From NCBI GenBank assembly GCA_028534125.1, contig CM052818.1, positions 34,474,001-34,538,000 of the forward strand: DNA of 64,000 nucleotides, given 5' to 3'. Of the stretch, positions 1-11,196 are shown piece after piece. Position 1 is the first letter of the stretch. The number at the start of each line of letters is the position of its first letter. Position numbers and translations under genes: made by a program. The stretch is from Lama glama. Its lineage: Eukaryota. The notes below the pieces were generated by a model that worked only from the letters and a program-made list of their open reading frames with translations, did not search any database and was not told the origin of the DNA.

Positions 1-35
1 TGTTGCAAAATCTGAGAACAACTGTTCTGACCTTC

Positions 36-490
36 TGTATCAGTTAGGATTGCATTTGGTTATGTGTAAGAGTGTCCCTGTTTAAAAAAAAAAAATCCTG
101 GATTCAGGAAGTCCAGAGCTGAGGTAATGGCTCCAGGAAGTAACCAAGGGCCCTGGCTCCTTCAAGCCTCCTAATTTCCCATCTTTAATGGGCCTGCTGT
201 CCTCAGAATCACAAGATGTTTTCTGTGCTTATAGGCATCTCATCTTCATTCCAGGCAGGAAGAAAAAGGGATGGGAGAGGGGATAAAGACAAAATGGACA
301 TTCAAAGGCACAGATGAAGTCTACTCTTTAACAAACTTTCTTGGGAGCGCCACCCAGCAACTTTGGCCATGACTTCATTGGCCAGAACAACATCACACGG
401 TCACGCATAGCTACAAGGAGGACCGGAAAGCTGAGTGTTTTAAGCTGAACATGGTGTCCTCGTGAACAAGAATTGCAATTCTGTCAGGAA
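36..490 (-). mobile_element. MaLR (MLT1-type) LTR relic
   Basis: Starts TGTATCAGTTAGGATTGCATTTGG and contains MLT1-like motifs (ttccaggcaggaag, tcattggccagaac, cacatggccac-like, agctacaaggagg..gaaa). Family and end coordinate are approximate, from recall. Confidence 0.6.
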
Positions 491-1799
491 GAGGGAAGGA
501 GTGACTGGTTCTCAGTCAAGTCCAGCAGGCCAGCCACACTACACAGAACATACCTCCCGGGCTCCATTTTCTGCTTTGAGGGACCCTCCTGGCCTCCAAC
601 TGACTGATCCCCCTCTCTCAGTACCTCTGGAGAGACTTTCTACCTGTCAGAGACCAGCATCCCAGCGTGGCCTTTCTGCCCCCGTCAGCGAGCCTCCCAC
701 TAGATGTGAATTATCCTTGGGCAGGGGCCAGAGTGCCATGGGCCGATCTTCCCACACTTGTCCAGGATCTGACACAGGGATGCTAGCAGCTGGGAGAAGT
801 GAGGGAGGCAACCACGGTTCTTGTGGGAACAGTGGTCAAAGCCTGCCCTACCTCACTTAATCAAATGGGCTAGTTTTTGTGAAAGTACTTTATCAATTGC
901 AAGGAGTAACATGACGGAGAGGTTAGATGATGATGGTCAGAGGGTTTTGGGGGGACCCGAAGGCTGAGCCCTCATTCCACTAGCTCTCTAATCTCCCTCG
1001 CTGGTGGGAAACAGCAAGAGGATGACCCCCTCTCTCCACAGAGTGGCCCAAGGATGCAGGTCATGTGGCTATTGAGGCCACATGGGCTGGCCAGTAGCCC
1101 AGAGCTCCCAGCCCCCAGCTCTTTTCCCAAGCTACTCTGCCCTTGCACCCCCAAAGGAGGGGAACTGTCCAGGACTACATTTTACTCCAGCAATTTATTC
1201 TGTTTTCAGATGGCTTGGGACCAAATCCATGTCTCTTTGCTGCAGTTTCTGCATGTGGGAGCAGGGCCAGCAGGACGCCTGGGGACACTGCGGGGTCTCC
1301 GGGAGAGGCTGCAGAGCTTCTCGCCAACAGAGCAATGTCACTGTGGGGACCCACTCCCTCCAGCCCCAGTGTTGCCCGTCTGCCCCCTCCACCTGCACTG
1401 AGCTGTTACCTGTGGCGTGGCACAGCAGAGCTGGGCACGGAGAGCCCGGATGAACATTTTGGGCTTTAGCCTCCAGTCCCTGTGGCCAATGAACATTCAG
1501 CCAGGGGAGGGCCACCTGCTTCAGGAGTGAGGTGCTTAGTTGTACCTGCCGCATCCATATGTATCCTGCCCCGGGGAGCAGAGGCAAAAGTCTTGGCTCT
1601 ACCGCTGAAGGATCCTGTGACATCAGCAAACTCCCTCCTCCACTCTGCACCCAATATAGCTCTAGCTCTCATTCTTCAGTGTGGAATATTACACAGTTTC
1701 TGAGGTTTGCATTTTTTTGTATTTAACAATTCATCAAGCGATATAGAATTGCGCTTCTAACTAATCAGCATCCTCTACATTCCAAACCCCACGCACATG

Positions 1800-1895
1800 G
1801 TGACTTGCATGTGTTTTCTTATTTAATCCTCACAGCAACCCTCTGGAGGTATTGTTGTTACCCATTTTACAGATGAGGAAACCGAGGCTCAGCTC
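1800..1895 (-). mobile_element. MIR SINE fragment
   Basis: MIR core in reverse: atttaatcctcacagcaaccct...cccattttacagatgaggaaaccgaggctcag. Confidence 0.8.
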
Positions 1896-1914
1896 ATGTA
1901 TGAAGATTAAATTT

Positions 1915-2260
1915 GGTGGCAAATTACAGGGGACCCCAAGTGGCTTACCCAAAATAGCGTCCAAGATCACTGGAAGCTACATGTTTTTTCTCTAACGTAT
2001 AGAATTCCAGAAGCAGTTGTCCATGGCAGTTCTGCAACACTAGGGACCCAGGCTTCTATTAGGTCACTTCATCCTCCACTCCCAGGGTCCCCTCATTGTC
2101 TCAAAGGGCGGCACCTTTCCTCTAAAGATGCCTGCCCCTCTTCTGCTTGCATCTCATCAAGTGGAACTTAGTCACATCTAGCAGCAAGGGAGGCTGGGAA
2201 AGGCAGCACTCATTTTAGGTGATCAGATGTCAGGTAAAAATTGGGCATTTTATTATAATA
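1915..2260 (-). mobile_element. MaLR (MLT1-type) LTR relic
   Basis: Motifs agtggctta, gggacccaggcttct, tctgcttgcatctcat, aacttagtcacat..agcagcaagggaggctgggaaa resemble MLT1 LTRs. Boundaries approximate. Confidence 0.5.
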
Positions 2261-2356
2261 AGAGTTACGAGTGATCAAGAGCATAGACTGACCACAGAGG
2301 TAGACTGCCTGGGTCTGCTCTTGTCTCCATCACTTCCCAGTGTGTGGCCTCAGGTG

Positions 2357-3320
2357 GTTTATTCCTTCACTCGCTCAACAAATACTCGTTGAGCACCTAC
2401 TGTGCCCTACACTGTTCTAAAGCTGGGGATACAGGACTGACCAAATGACAAAACTCCCTGCCCTCATGGAACTTACACTCTAGTGGAGAGAAATAAACTA
2501 GCTAATAAGTGAAACATATAGTGTGTTAGGTGGTATTCGGTGTTGAGAGAAAAATAAAGCTGGGAAAGGGATGGAAGTGTAATTTCAGACAGGTTCTGAG
2601 CAGTGCCCTGGGGAGAAGCTGGCATTTGAATAAAGACCCAAAGGATCTCTGGGGCGAGTGTGTTCCAGGGAGGGAGAAACACAATGCAAAGGCCCTGAGG
2701 CAGGAGCGTGCCTGGCCTGATGAAGAATGTCAAAGAGGCAGACTGAAAGCAGGGCAGACGGGGGGACCCCTGTTGGGACCTGGGCTGTCCTTTGGCTCAG
2801 ATGGGAGGCTGACCACTCTGGCTGCTGAGTGGAGAAGACACCGAAGGGGGCAGATAGAGCAGGGAAACTGGTTAGGAGGCTGCTACTGGGATCCTAGAGA
2901 GACATGATGGTGGCTGGACCAGGGTGGAGCCAGCGCAGTGAGGAGAAGTCATCAGGCTGGGTTTACTGCCTCTTGAAGGTAGAGTTGGGAGGATTTGTTG
3001 GTTATGGAGAATGAGGGAAGGACACAGTCAAGGATGACTCCAAGCTGATTGGTCAGCCAGCTGGAAGGGTGAAGCCACCCATTTGCCAAGAAGGGCCCTG
3101 AGTGCAGCAGACTTGGGGGCAGGGCGGCGTGGGTCATGTGGGAAGTTTGGGTTTGGACAGGTTGAGTTTGAGACTTATTAGACCTCCAAGTGGAGAGGAC
3201 AGGAAGGTGGATATATGTGCCTGGGATTCAGGGAGAAGCCCAGGCTGCAGACACAACTTTGAGATTAATCAGCATATAGATGATATTTAAAGGCAGGAGA
3301 AAATGAAATTAAGGAGATAA
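2357..3320 (-). mobile_element. L2 LINE 3' fragment inserted into a MIR (MIR halves at ~2265-2357 and ~3325-3450)
   Basis: Begins with the reverse complement of the L2 3' end (ttcactcgctcaacaaatactcgttgagcacctactgtgcc...ctggggataca). The purine-rich L2 body follows (ttggacaggttgagtttgag, tagacctccaagtggag, tgggattcagggagaag). The flanks are the two halves of one MIR. Confidence 0.75.
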
Positions 3321-4069
3321 ACATGGTTATTAATCTCTGTGTGTCTCAGTTGCCGCATCTGTGTTATGAGAATTGAACACAGTGAAATATAAAGCCCTTA
3401 GACCATAGCCTGGCACATCTGTGTTTGTCACAGCAGAAATTATTGTACCTTCCTAAATTTACTGCATTTGCTATATAGCTGATGAGTGGTTCAGGGACTG
3501 TGTTGGGTGTCCTAGGAGAGGGCTGCCAAGAATGTCGGTGTAACAGTCTCATCCTGGCCTTCAAGGTCCTTCCAGCTCAGCACACCTCCCAGACTTAACC
3601 TCTGACCTTCTCCGAAGCCCCCACTTCCCTCTAACCTGATTCATCACCCAGCATTGTTCCTTCCCTACCACTGTCCCCAGTGACCCTGGCAACTCCTCCA
3701 ACCCGCATCTTGGCAGTTCCAAGCTGCTTAGTCCTCCTATGATGCCTCTTCTTCCAAGAAGTCTTCCTCATTCACACCCCCAACTCCAGCCAGACAACGT
3801 GCCCATTTGGAAGCCCTCGGGGTCCTTGGATGCCCATTCCTCCCTTCCTGGAGCCAAGCTGTTCGGGTGCCTGACTGTCTCCCCAGCCTGGCACATCTCT
3901 GTGCTGATGCAGGTGGCAGGAGCAGGGACTTGTGCCCAGGTGCTCTGGCTCCAAATCCAGACTGCTTCCCGCCCCTCCTCGCTGCCCAGCTCGGAGCCAC
4001 CAAAAACGTACTGGCCTGGGAGTTCCGAGGTTGGGATTTCCACAGCATGGTGGTTGATGTGGCACTTGG

Positions 4070-4270
4070 GGTCCAGACTAGCCAGGTCTGAACCCCTGTC
4101 CTTCCACTTCCTGGCCGTGTGGGCAAACCACATCACACCTCTGTGCCTCAGTTTCCCTTTCATAAAGTGAGACTAACAGAAGGCTGTGAAGATTCAGTGC
4201 CTTCGCACAGGTGAGGCTCTCAGGCCAAGTGAGCAGGCAGCACACACCCAATCAATGCTCAGTGTTACTG
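4070..4270 (+). mobile_element. MIR SINE
   Basis: ggtctgaaccc...ccacttcctggccgtgtgggcaa...ctctgtgcctcagtttccc..taaagtgag...gtgaagattcag. Confidence 0.7.
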
Positions 4271-4292
4271 TTCTTACTGTGAAGCACCGCCT

Positions 4293-4326
4293 GCCTGCAG
4301 CCTGCAGCCTGCAGCCTGCAGCCTGC
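4293..4326. repeat. (GCCTGCA)n heptamer tandem repeat, ~4.9 units
   Basis: gcctgcagcctgcagcctgcagcctgcagcctgc read directly. Confidence 0.9.
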
Positions 4327-4506
4327 CCTGCCTCTGCAGCGCCCCACCCCCTCGGCCTGCCCAGGCCCCCCTGAGTCCCAGGTTCTAGGCCGACTGGGGA
4401 CAGTTGGGCTCAGCAGGGCCTCCCAGGGGCTAATTGGAGTCTGTGGGTGCCATGGCCCCCCAGGACTCTCGGAATCCTCCTCTCAGGCCCTGCCTCCTCT
4501 TTGCAG

Positions 4507-4616
4507 ATTTTAATGAGAACGGCTTCATCGATGAGGAGGACCTGCAGAGGATCGTCCTCCGACTGCTCAACAGTGACGACGTGTCAGAGGACCTGCTGAC
4601 CGACCTCATCAGCCAC
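4507..4616 (+). CDS. CIB4: Calcium and integrin-binding family member 4, third-last coding exon (110 bp); (D)[38 protein letters not shown]-hand
   Basis: Polypyrimidine tract ending ttgcAG acceptor and GT donor at 4617. EF-hand loop [12 protein letters not shown]. Closely matches recalled human CIB4. Upstream exons lie outside the window. Confidence 0.95.
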
Positions 4617-5444
4617 GTGTGTGTCCAGGGCTACCGGGCGGAGGTTGGGGTGGGCCTCGCCATCCCCCGAAGCCCCCGGATGGCAGGCAGGGTGAGGTGT
4701 CCTGAGGCATGGGCGCACACTGGAGGCAACTACCTCCAACTTTCTGTCTTTCCTCCAGGATCATGACTCCCTTCCAGGGTCCCCAAAGCCATAGCCCAAG
4801 CCCCCCATTCCAAGAGGCCTTCCCACCAACACTGCAGGCAGTGCAGGCAGATGGGCCAACAGCAGCTCAGCCTCAGAGGGGCACATCCCAACGTCCCCTT
4901 CCCCACATTATCCCAGCACAACACGACGCCCAGACGTCCTGAGGGACCATCCAAAGTGTGACAGGACATGAAGACAGCCATGGATCCATTTGTCTTAAGA
5001 CCATGAGAACCTTTTGGTTTGGGTGGGAACTGGGAGCAAAGATAAAACCGTGAAGGGTCATCGCTGCCCCTGCCCCTGCCTGTGCCCCTTGCAGTAGAGC
5101 CCCTGGTGGCAGAGTGACAGGAGTGGGTGGGGGTGTCACCTTGTTCATCACCCCGCACTCTTCTCACTATCAGGTTTGTGCTGGAGGCACCAAGAGACTC
5201 TTTCCACCATGAGGTTGGCCCACAAGGCCCCAGACCTCGGTGCCTATAACCTCGTCTCTCTGCGCCTCCATGTCCCTGTCTGGGGCGGAGCACCTGCCTC
5301 ACAAGGGACTCAGGGAGGTGTGCTAAGCAGCTGGCAGAGAGCTGGGCTTAGTGGTTGGGCTCAGCATGTGGTGCCTGCCCTGACTCCAGTGCCCGCACCT
5401 CCCTCTGATTCTCTGCTCTCCACTCCTTCTGCACCCCTGTCCAG

Positions 5445-5533
5445 GTCCTGAGTGAGTCGGATCTGGACAATGACAACATGTTGTCTTTCTCAGAGTTTGA
5501 ACACGCAATGGCCAAATCTCCAGACTTCATGAA
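5445..5533 (+). CDS. CIB4: CIB4 penultimate coding exon (89 bp); [29 protein letters not shown](N), EF-hand
   Basis: ccAG acceptor, GTAAGG donor, EF-hand loop [12 protein letters not shown]. Frame is continuous with both neighbouring exons. Confidence 0.96.
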
Positions 5534-6944
5534 GTAAGGTGTTCTGGAGTGAAGGGGATGCCCAGCACAGTGGGGGACAGGAAGGGCCCCTGGTCTCTCT
5601 TGGCCGGTGGGGCACCTCGGTTTTCCAAAGGAGGGTCATGAGTTTCCAGGGCACTTTGCAGATTCTTCCAGAATCAGCAAAACTGGAGCTTCTGAGAAAT
5701 TAACCTGGAAAGAGACAGGGAGTGGGGTTTCAAAAGGCACGGGGGAAATTGGATTCCAGGCTTTGCAAACGATGTGGGCAGTCCAAACTTCGGGTGCTGT
5801 CCCTCTCTGGCGGCACAAAGCCCCCTGGGCTCCAGGACTGACCTGGGGAGTTGCCTTTGCCACTGTTCGTCCAGCTCCCCTTCCGCCCACAACCTCCACA
5901 TGTCATGAGGAGTTGGGGATTTGCATGAGAGTGTGAAGATGCTGGTGATGGAACTTAGAGAATTCTAAGCATTTCCAATCCTTGTTTCAGCTGGAAAGGG
6001 GCCTGCACGGTCCTATCTGGCCCTAACACCTTTGAGGCGATTGGCCATTCCTGTGTTTCTCAGGCTGTGTTTGACAGTCTTATTTGGCTCCTTCCAGTTG
6101 TGGGAAATGAACCACCACTGGAGACAGCCTTTTCGTGAGGAACAGCCCAGTTAGAGGCCCCTCTTGTGCTGAGCTGCCCTTGTTTGCATGTGCCTGCTTC
6201 ACCTGGGCCCTATTCTGCGCTTAGTCTTCAGTCTAGGTGACATTGTAACAAGGAAGAATGCTCCCTCAAGATGGTTTAACAAACCAATCAACAACGAACG
6301 AAAATAGCCCGAGCTCGGAGAGCACCTGGTCCAGAGCCCAGAGTCTCTCCCTCTGTCCTCAGCAACTCCGGACGTCGCTGTATGTGAAACTGGCAAACTC
6401 TGCTTTGTTAGACTTGAGGCCAAGTGGCCTCCCCACAGCGGTCAAGTTTAAACCTCTTTGGCTCCGAATGACCCTCAGGGAATGTCCCTCAGCTCTCACT
6501 CCAAATTCCCAGAGAGAGAATCTGAGTGGCCAGCTCCAGGCAGGTGTCCAGCCCACCTGGCTGGAGGAGAGGGCCCTCCATTCTGAGATGGCTGTGGCCT
6601 GGGCAGACTTTCTATAAAGGGGTCCACATTTGGACCACCCCAACCGAGTTCATTCCTCTTCCTCCATAACAGCCCAACACACGACTGAAGCCGAAATCCA
6701 GTCTGTCTTGAGTTTCTTCTTTCAACCTCTCCCTTTGCTTTCCGCTGATTCCAGCACCACAAGGTTCTGACAGCCTTTGCATTCAAGAGCTGCTCAAAGG
6801 AGCTTCAAGAAGGCTTTGGGTTGGCTTGGGAGAGCTTCAAACAGGACATTACTCAAGAAAGAGACGAGAGAGGTGTGCACCCAGAAATGAGAGGCTGTGT
6901 TACGACTGTGGGCTCCAGGTGGCTCATGGAATTCTTTCTTTCAG

Positions 6945-6975
6945 CTCCTTTCGGATTCACTTCTGGGGATACTGA
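6945..6975 (+). CDS. CIB4: CIB4 last coding exon; (N)SFRIHFWGY-stop
   Basis: ttctttctttcAG acceptor, phase-2 join completes AAC (Asn), TGA at 6973-6975. Matches the CIB4 C-terminus SFRIHFWG. Confidence 0.93.
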
Positions 6976-7118
6976 TGTGGCCACAAATGCCTGATCTGAC
7001 AGCCTCGAGGTGGACCCCTGGAACTCGGAATCTGAACCCCTGCGGGCACCAGGGGAACTCTAATTAGAAGAATGACTTTGTCCCCATCCCTTTCTCACTT
7101 CTAGAATACTGTTCTTTC

Positions 7119-7124
7119 AATAAA
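7119..7124 (+). terminator. CIB4: CIB4 polyadenylation signal AATAAA
   Basis: First AATAAA, ~145 nt after the stop, with T-rich sequence downstream. Confidence 0.8.
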
Positions 7125-8309
7125 GCAAAAGAAGAGACTTTCCCTTGCTCCATCAGTTCATCATTTTTTGAATGCAGGACCACACAGAAGTACTTTTTAT
7201 TAAGAACTGCTCATTCCAGGGTTTAAGTTTGCCAATGACACCAAGACTAGGATGGCGAGTCATTTCAAGGACAGGTTCAAATGCCAACCCATGTCCCAGC
7301 AGGGACCAGGCCGAATGGGGTGCAGTTGACCAGGAAAAGATAAGTCCTTCCCTCCCTTCCCTGGGGCCTCCCCCGAGCCTCTCTTCTCACATCTCCCATG
7401 CATGGAGCGGTCTTTCCAATCGGTACCTGGTTTCCCAAGACATTTTTGCCCCACTCGGCACCCCCGTGCCCTCAGGATGCAACAGTCTATGGCCAGCGAT
7501 CAGGGCTTATTTACTTTGCTATTCCGCCAAACCCTGGAAGGAATTTGGCCATCCCGGGGACTCTTTGGGACCTAGGTGGTCAGGGACCCTGGGACACAGG
7601 AGAAGCCCCTTAGGGGGGTCTCTGAAAGCTGTCAGATGCCTACCTGACAGCCCGTGGTTTTTCTTGTTTTCACTGTCCTCAGAGGAGGACACAGGAGAAG
7701 GGCTGTTTCACCCTCACATGTACTTGAACCTGTTGTGGGTTCAACTTCAACCTGTTGTGGGTTGCCTTGCCTTTAGGTCCTGACTCACTTATTTAGGGGA
7801 AATAAGAGCCCTGTTGCCTGATGGAGTCCCTTAATCAAATCCAGCAGGTGATGGAAGTTGGAGAGCTCCTGTGGCATGGGCCCATACCTGGCCTGAGGTT
7901 CCCATCCCAGATCCTGTCTTCTGAGGGGCTGTTCCCCACATCCTGTGCCCTGTCCCGCAGGCAGAAGGCCTCCCAGGAGGCAGGAAGCAGGTGACAGCAG
8001 ACACTCCAGACCCAGAACCTTCTAGGCCACCTCAGGATGTGACCTAGGAACCTGTCCCCAGTGTCCACTCTGGCCTACAGTTTCCTGAAACACAGAGATG
8101 CCTGAAAGAGCGGCTTGATCCTGGGTCAGCTCCCTCCTGTTCCCTTCTAGAAACAGTCCCAGGGGTCGATGCCAAATCAGCCTGTCCCTGCCAGGCTGGG
8201 CAGAATATAGAACGTGGTTTCTTCTGTCAGGCACCACAGGGTCCTCTGGGATCTGCATCATCTCTGCCCCTCAGTCCCCAAGAGGACTACACGCAGGGTG
8301 TATAGTGGG

Positions 8310-8490
8310 AAAACCAGAGCTTGGGAGCCAGAAAGGCCTGGGTTCAAATCCTGGCTGGGCCACGTCTAAGCTGCCTGAACTTGGACGACTGTCTCCCCTC
8401 TGAGCCCCGGTGTCTTTATCAGTAAAGTGAAAGTAACACCACCTCCCTCCCAGGTTATTGTGTGAACAAAACGATGCTGAGCCAGGGCTC
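8310..8490 (+). mobile_element. MIR SINE
   Basis: ttgggagccagaaaggcctgggttcaaatcctggct...ctctgagccccggtgtctttatcagtaaagtg...caggttattgtg. Confidence 0.75.
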
Positions 8491-8846
8491 AGGCCGGAAT
8501 TCCTTTGCATCTGACACCAGTGCAAGCATTCTGGGGCCGCTGCATCCTCACTCTCAGACATGGGATAACGGGGCCTCCTTGATTATACCAGAGGAAGCAG
8601 ACGGGAGGTATCTCTGTGCCTGAGTGACCTGCCACCAAGACTTGGGAGCCCCACAGTCCTCAGGGGAGAGGTGGGTGGGCCCAGCAGAGTCCTGGACATG
8701 GCTTTTTCTTGGCTTGAACCCCTGGGGCTGATCATTGCACAGGCCCTTCAGACACAGCACCGTGTGACTCTCAGGTGCTGTCCTGCTGTGTCCAAATGTT
8801 CCTGGGGCTCAGAGGAGAGGAGCCTGGGGTGATCATGGCTAAAGAT

Positions 8847-8852
8847 TTTATT
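8847..8852 (-). terminator. FAM166C: FAM166C/CIMIP2C polyadenylation signal (AATAAA on minus strand)
   Basis: tttatt on + strand, 39 nt beyond the TGA stop. Confidence 0.75.
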
Positions 8853-8891
8853 CCAAAAAGCCAACCTGGTCAGGGCCATGGCTGTCAGGCG

Positions 8892-9036
8892 TCACGCTCT
8901 GAACTCAAAGTAACGGTCCCTCCTCTGCCGCTCCTGTGGGGAGACCCTCTTCCCCGATGGGAATGTCTGGTAGGTCTTCAGGTTCTCGGGGGATGCTCTT
9001 AAAAGGTACCACTTCTTCTTCGGGCTCAGAGGAGGC
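8892..9036 (-). CDS. FAM166C: FAM166C/CIMIP2C (C2orf70 ortholog) exon 4 (145 bp); (L)PPLSPKKKWYLLRASPENLKTYQTFPSGKRVSPQERQRRDRYFEFRA-stop
   Basis: ctgcAG acceptor on minus, TGA at 8894-8892. Matches the recalled human C2orf70 C-terminus (ENLKTYQTFPSGKRVSPQER..YFEFRA). Confidence 0.93.
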
Positions 9037-9189
9037 CTGCAGGTGAGGATGGGCCAGTGTTATGCAGTGAGGGTGGAAAAGGCCCATTTCCCAGCCCCTG
9101 CTGCTGATGACCCTGCGGGCTACCCATTGGCTTAACAGCTGGTAAGTCACCCTGCGCTCAAGATGAGAATCACTTGTGTTTGCACAATG

Positions 9190-9384
9190 GGACAGTGGTT
9201 AAGAGCAAGGACATGGGTGTCAGGAAGCTGGGCTGGATTCTGGCCCAGTTCCTGCTAGAAGTGTACACATGTAATATGGACTAATGTTGGTACCTCTCTC
9301 CTCGCATTGTTTTGAGGAGTAAGTGAAGTAATACATACAAAGCACTGAATAAGGTGCAAACACTCAGTAAACATTATAAGAAAT
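9190..9384 (+). mobile_element. MIR SINE
   Basis: cagtggttaagagcaaggac...ctgggctggattctggc...attgttttgaggagtaagtgaagtaatacatacaaagcact...cactcagtaaac. Confidence 0.7.
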
Positions 9385-9540
9385 ATGCTGCTGATGGTGA
9401 TGGTGGTGATGCTGATGCTGATGCTGATGGTGGTGGCGGTGATGATGCTGATGGTGATGACAGTGTTAATGATGGTGGTGGTAAAGATGGTGATGATGGT
9501 GGTGGGTATGATGATGGTGGTGATGATGGCAACGATGGCA
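9385..9540. repeat. Degenerate (GAT/GGT/GCT)n trinucleotide microsatellite at the MIR tail, FAM166C intron 3
   Basis: tgctgatggtgatggtggtgatgctgatg... for ~155 bp. Confidence 0.9.
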
Positions 9541-10770
9541 GTGAAACTCAGGGAAGGGCAAGGACTTTCCTCAGGCCACAGAGGTGATAAGAGGAAAGGT
9601 TGATCACAGGCACTGACCCTCTTCCTCTCAACCACCTGGTTGGTCCTCTGTGTTACATGTGAAGCCAGCAGCAGCAGCAGAGGCTGCCAGGCAGTTTGGA
9701 GAAGGAACAGAGCTGGGGGCATCCTGCGCTCCCCACATCTGCAAGAGATGTAGATCCTGCCTAGAGCAGTCTCAAGAGGAGATTTGTCCCCAGGTGAGGC
9801 CCTGCCCTGTCTCCAGGGATGGACTGGCTCAGAGCCACCCCAAGGGGTGGAAATGACCAACCCAGGGCCCTAGAGTTGGCATTGGGAGATCTGGGTTCCC
9901 TCCAGCTTTTACCTCCAATCAGACTTGCCCTGAGCACAAGTTTCCGAAGCCATCGCTAAGCCTCAGTTTCCCTATTTATAAAATGGTCCCATCTGTCCTG
10001 CAGAGAGGAACCTATAGAGGCAGCTAAATTTGTTTCTTTAAAAAAACCTGTAAACTCTATGAAAAAGGTTGCTGCTTTATCAGTAACAGTGATGGCAAGG
10101 CTCAGGCTCTTGAGGCAAACAAGGGATCTGCATGGAGTTGAGAATCGAAGATCTGTCCACCGACTCCTGATGCCCCCTGCTCCACAGCACACCTCACAGC
10201 ACAGACTTCTGATTTCCCTGCCTGGGCGGCAGGAGAGAGCGAGGAAACCACATGCCTGGATTATCTCGCAGGGCAGAGCTGGCCTTCCCTGGGAGAGGAA
10301 GCTTTCCCAGATAAAAAACAGCAAAGAGTGGGAAAAGTGAGGAACTTTCATATTTATTAGCTAGACAGTTGGAATTTGAAAAATATGTACAAGTCCCTAG
10401 GAGAACATTTTTTGAATCTGGACAGGGCTGGAGACAGTCCCTGCTTTGTGTAGTACCCATTTGTGTCCGCCAGAGAGCAGCAGCTCCTTGCAGGGGGAGA
10501 AGCTTGCATTTTTCAGGCCAGCAGAGATTGCGGGGTTTGCACCCAAACTCCTTAGTGCATCTGACCAGGAATACGGTCTTCCTGATTCTGCTTGTTCTGG
10601 TTCCTGGCATCCCTCCTAAGGCTGCCAAAACCGTGACTCCCTTGCTCTGTAACTCACCCTCTGCACTGTAGGCTCTTTGGGACTGAGTCTTAACTCATTT
10701 CTGGCTAAGAGCAGGTTCCCTGTGGGTGTGTGTTGTTGAATGCATGGATGAAGGGAGGGCAGGCACTCAC

Positions 10771-10883
10771 AGGTCGGTGGGGATGGGGTACCGCTCCCAC
10801 TCCCTCACAGGCAGCACGAAGTAGGGGACCCGGGGCACCATGCCCGTCTTGTCTTGATAGTACTCCCGATGCCGCTGGGCCAT
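10771..10883 (-). CDS. FAM166C: FAM166C/CIMIP2C exon 3 (113 bp); MAQRHREYYQDKTGMVPRVPYFVLPVREWERYPIPTD(L)
   Basis: ctgcAG acceptor and GTGAGT donor on minus. YYQDKTG.VPRVPYF motif. Phases 0/2 fit exons 2 and 4. Confidence 0.94.
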
Positions 10884-11174
10884 CTGCAGCTCAACCAGGG
10901 AAGAGACGACAGGTTGTTAGTGCGCAGGCGCGATCTCAGGCATCCGCAGCCCCTGCCTGGCTGTACCTGGGCAGGTGGTGGGGCATCGTCTCCCTTAATG
11001 TTCCTGGAAGAGTCCCCAGCCAGGTGTCCTCTCTGAGCCTCAGCTCCTTGTCTGGCTACTGGGGATAATGACATACACCAGGCCAGCATTGCTAGGGTGA
11101 GTAAATGAGGCAGGGGACCAGCAGAGGTAAGGGATGTGAAGCCCAGCTTAGTAAGTGGCACAGGGAAGCTTGGG

Positions 11175-11196
11175 GTGTGTGTGTGTGTGTGTGTGT
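11175..11196. repeat. (GT)n microsatellite
   Basis: gtgtgtgtgtgtgtgtgtgtgt read directly. Confidence 0.9.

Noticed and set aside
8424..8434. IRF consensus AAAGTGAAAGT
   Set aside because: It lies inside a MIR core (a tgtaaaatgg-derived segment), far from promoters; likely incidental.
9255..9860. ORFs with poly-I/T, poly-D/G or poly-M/V tracts resembling a membrane or acidic protein
   Set aside because: They are translations of the (GAT/GGT)n microsatellite.
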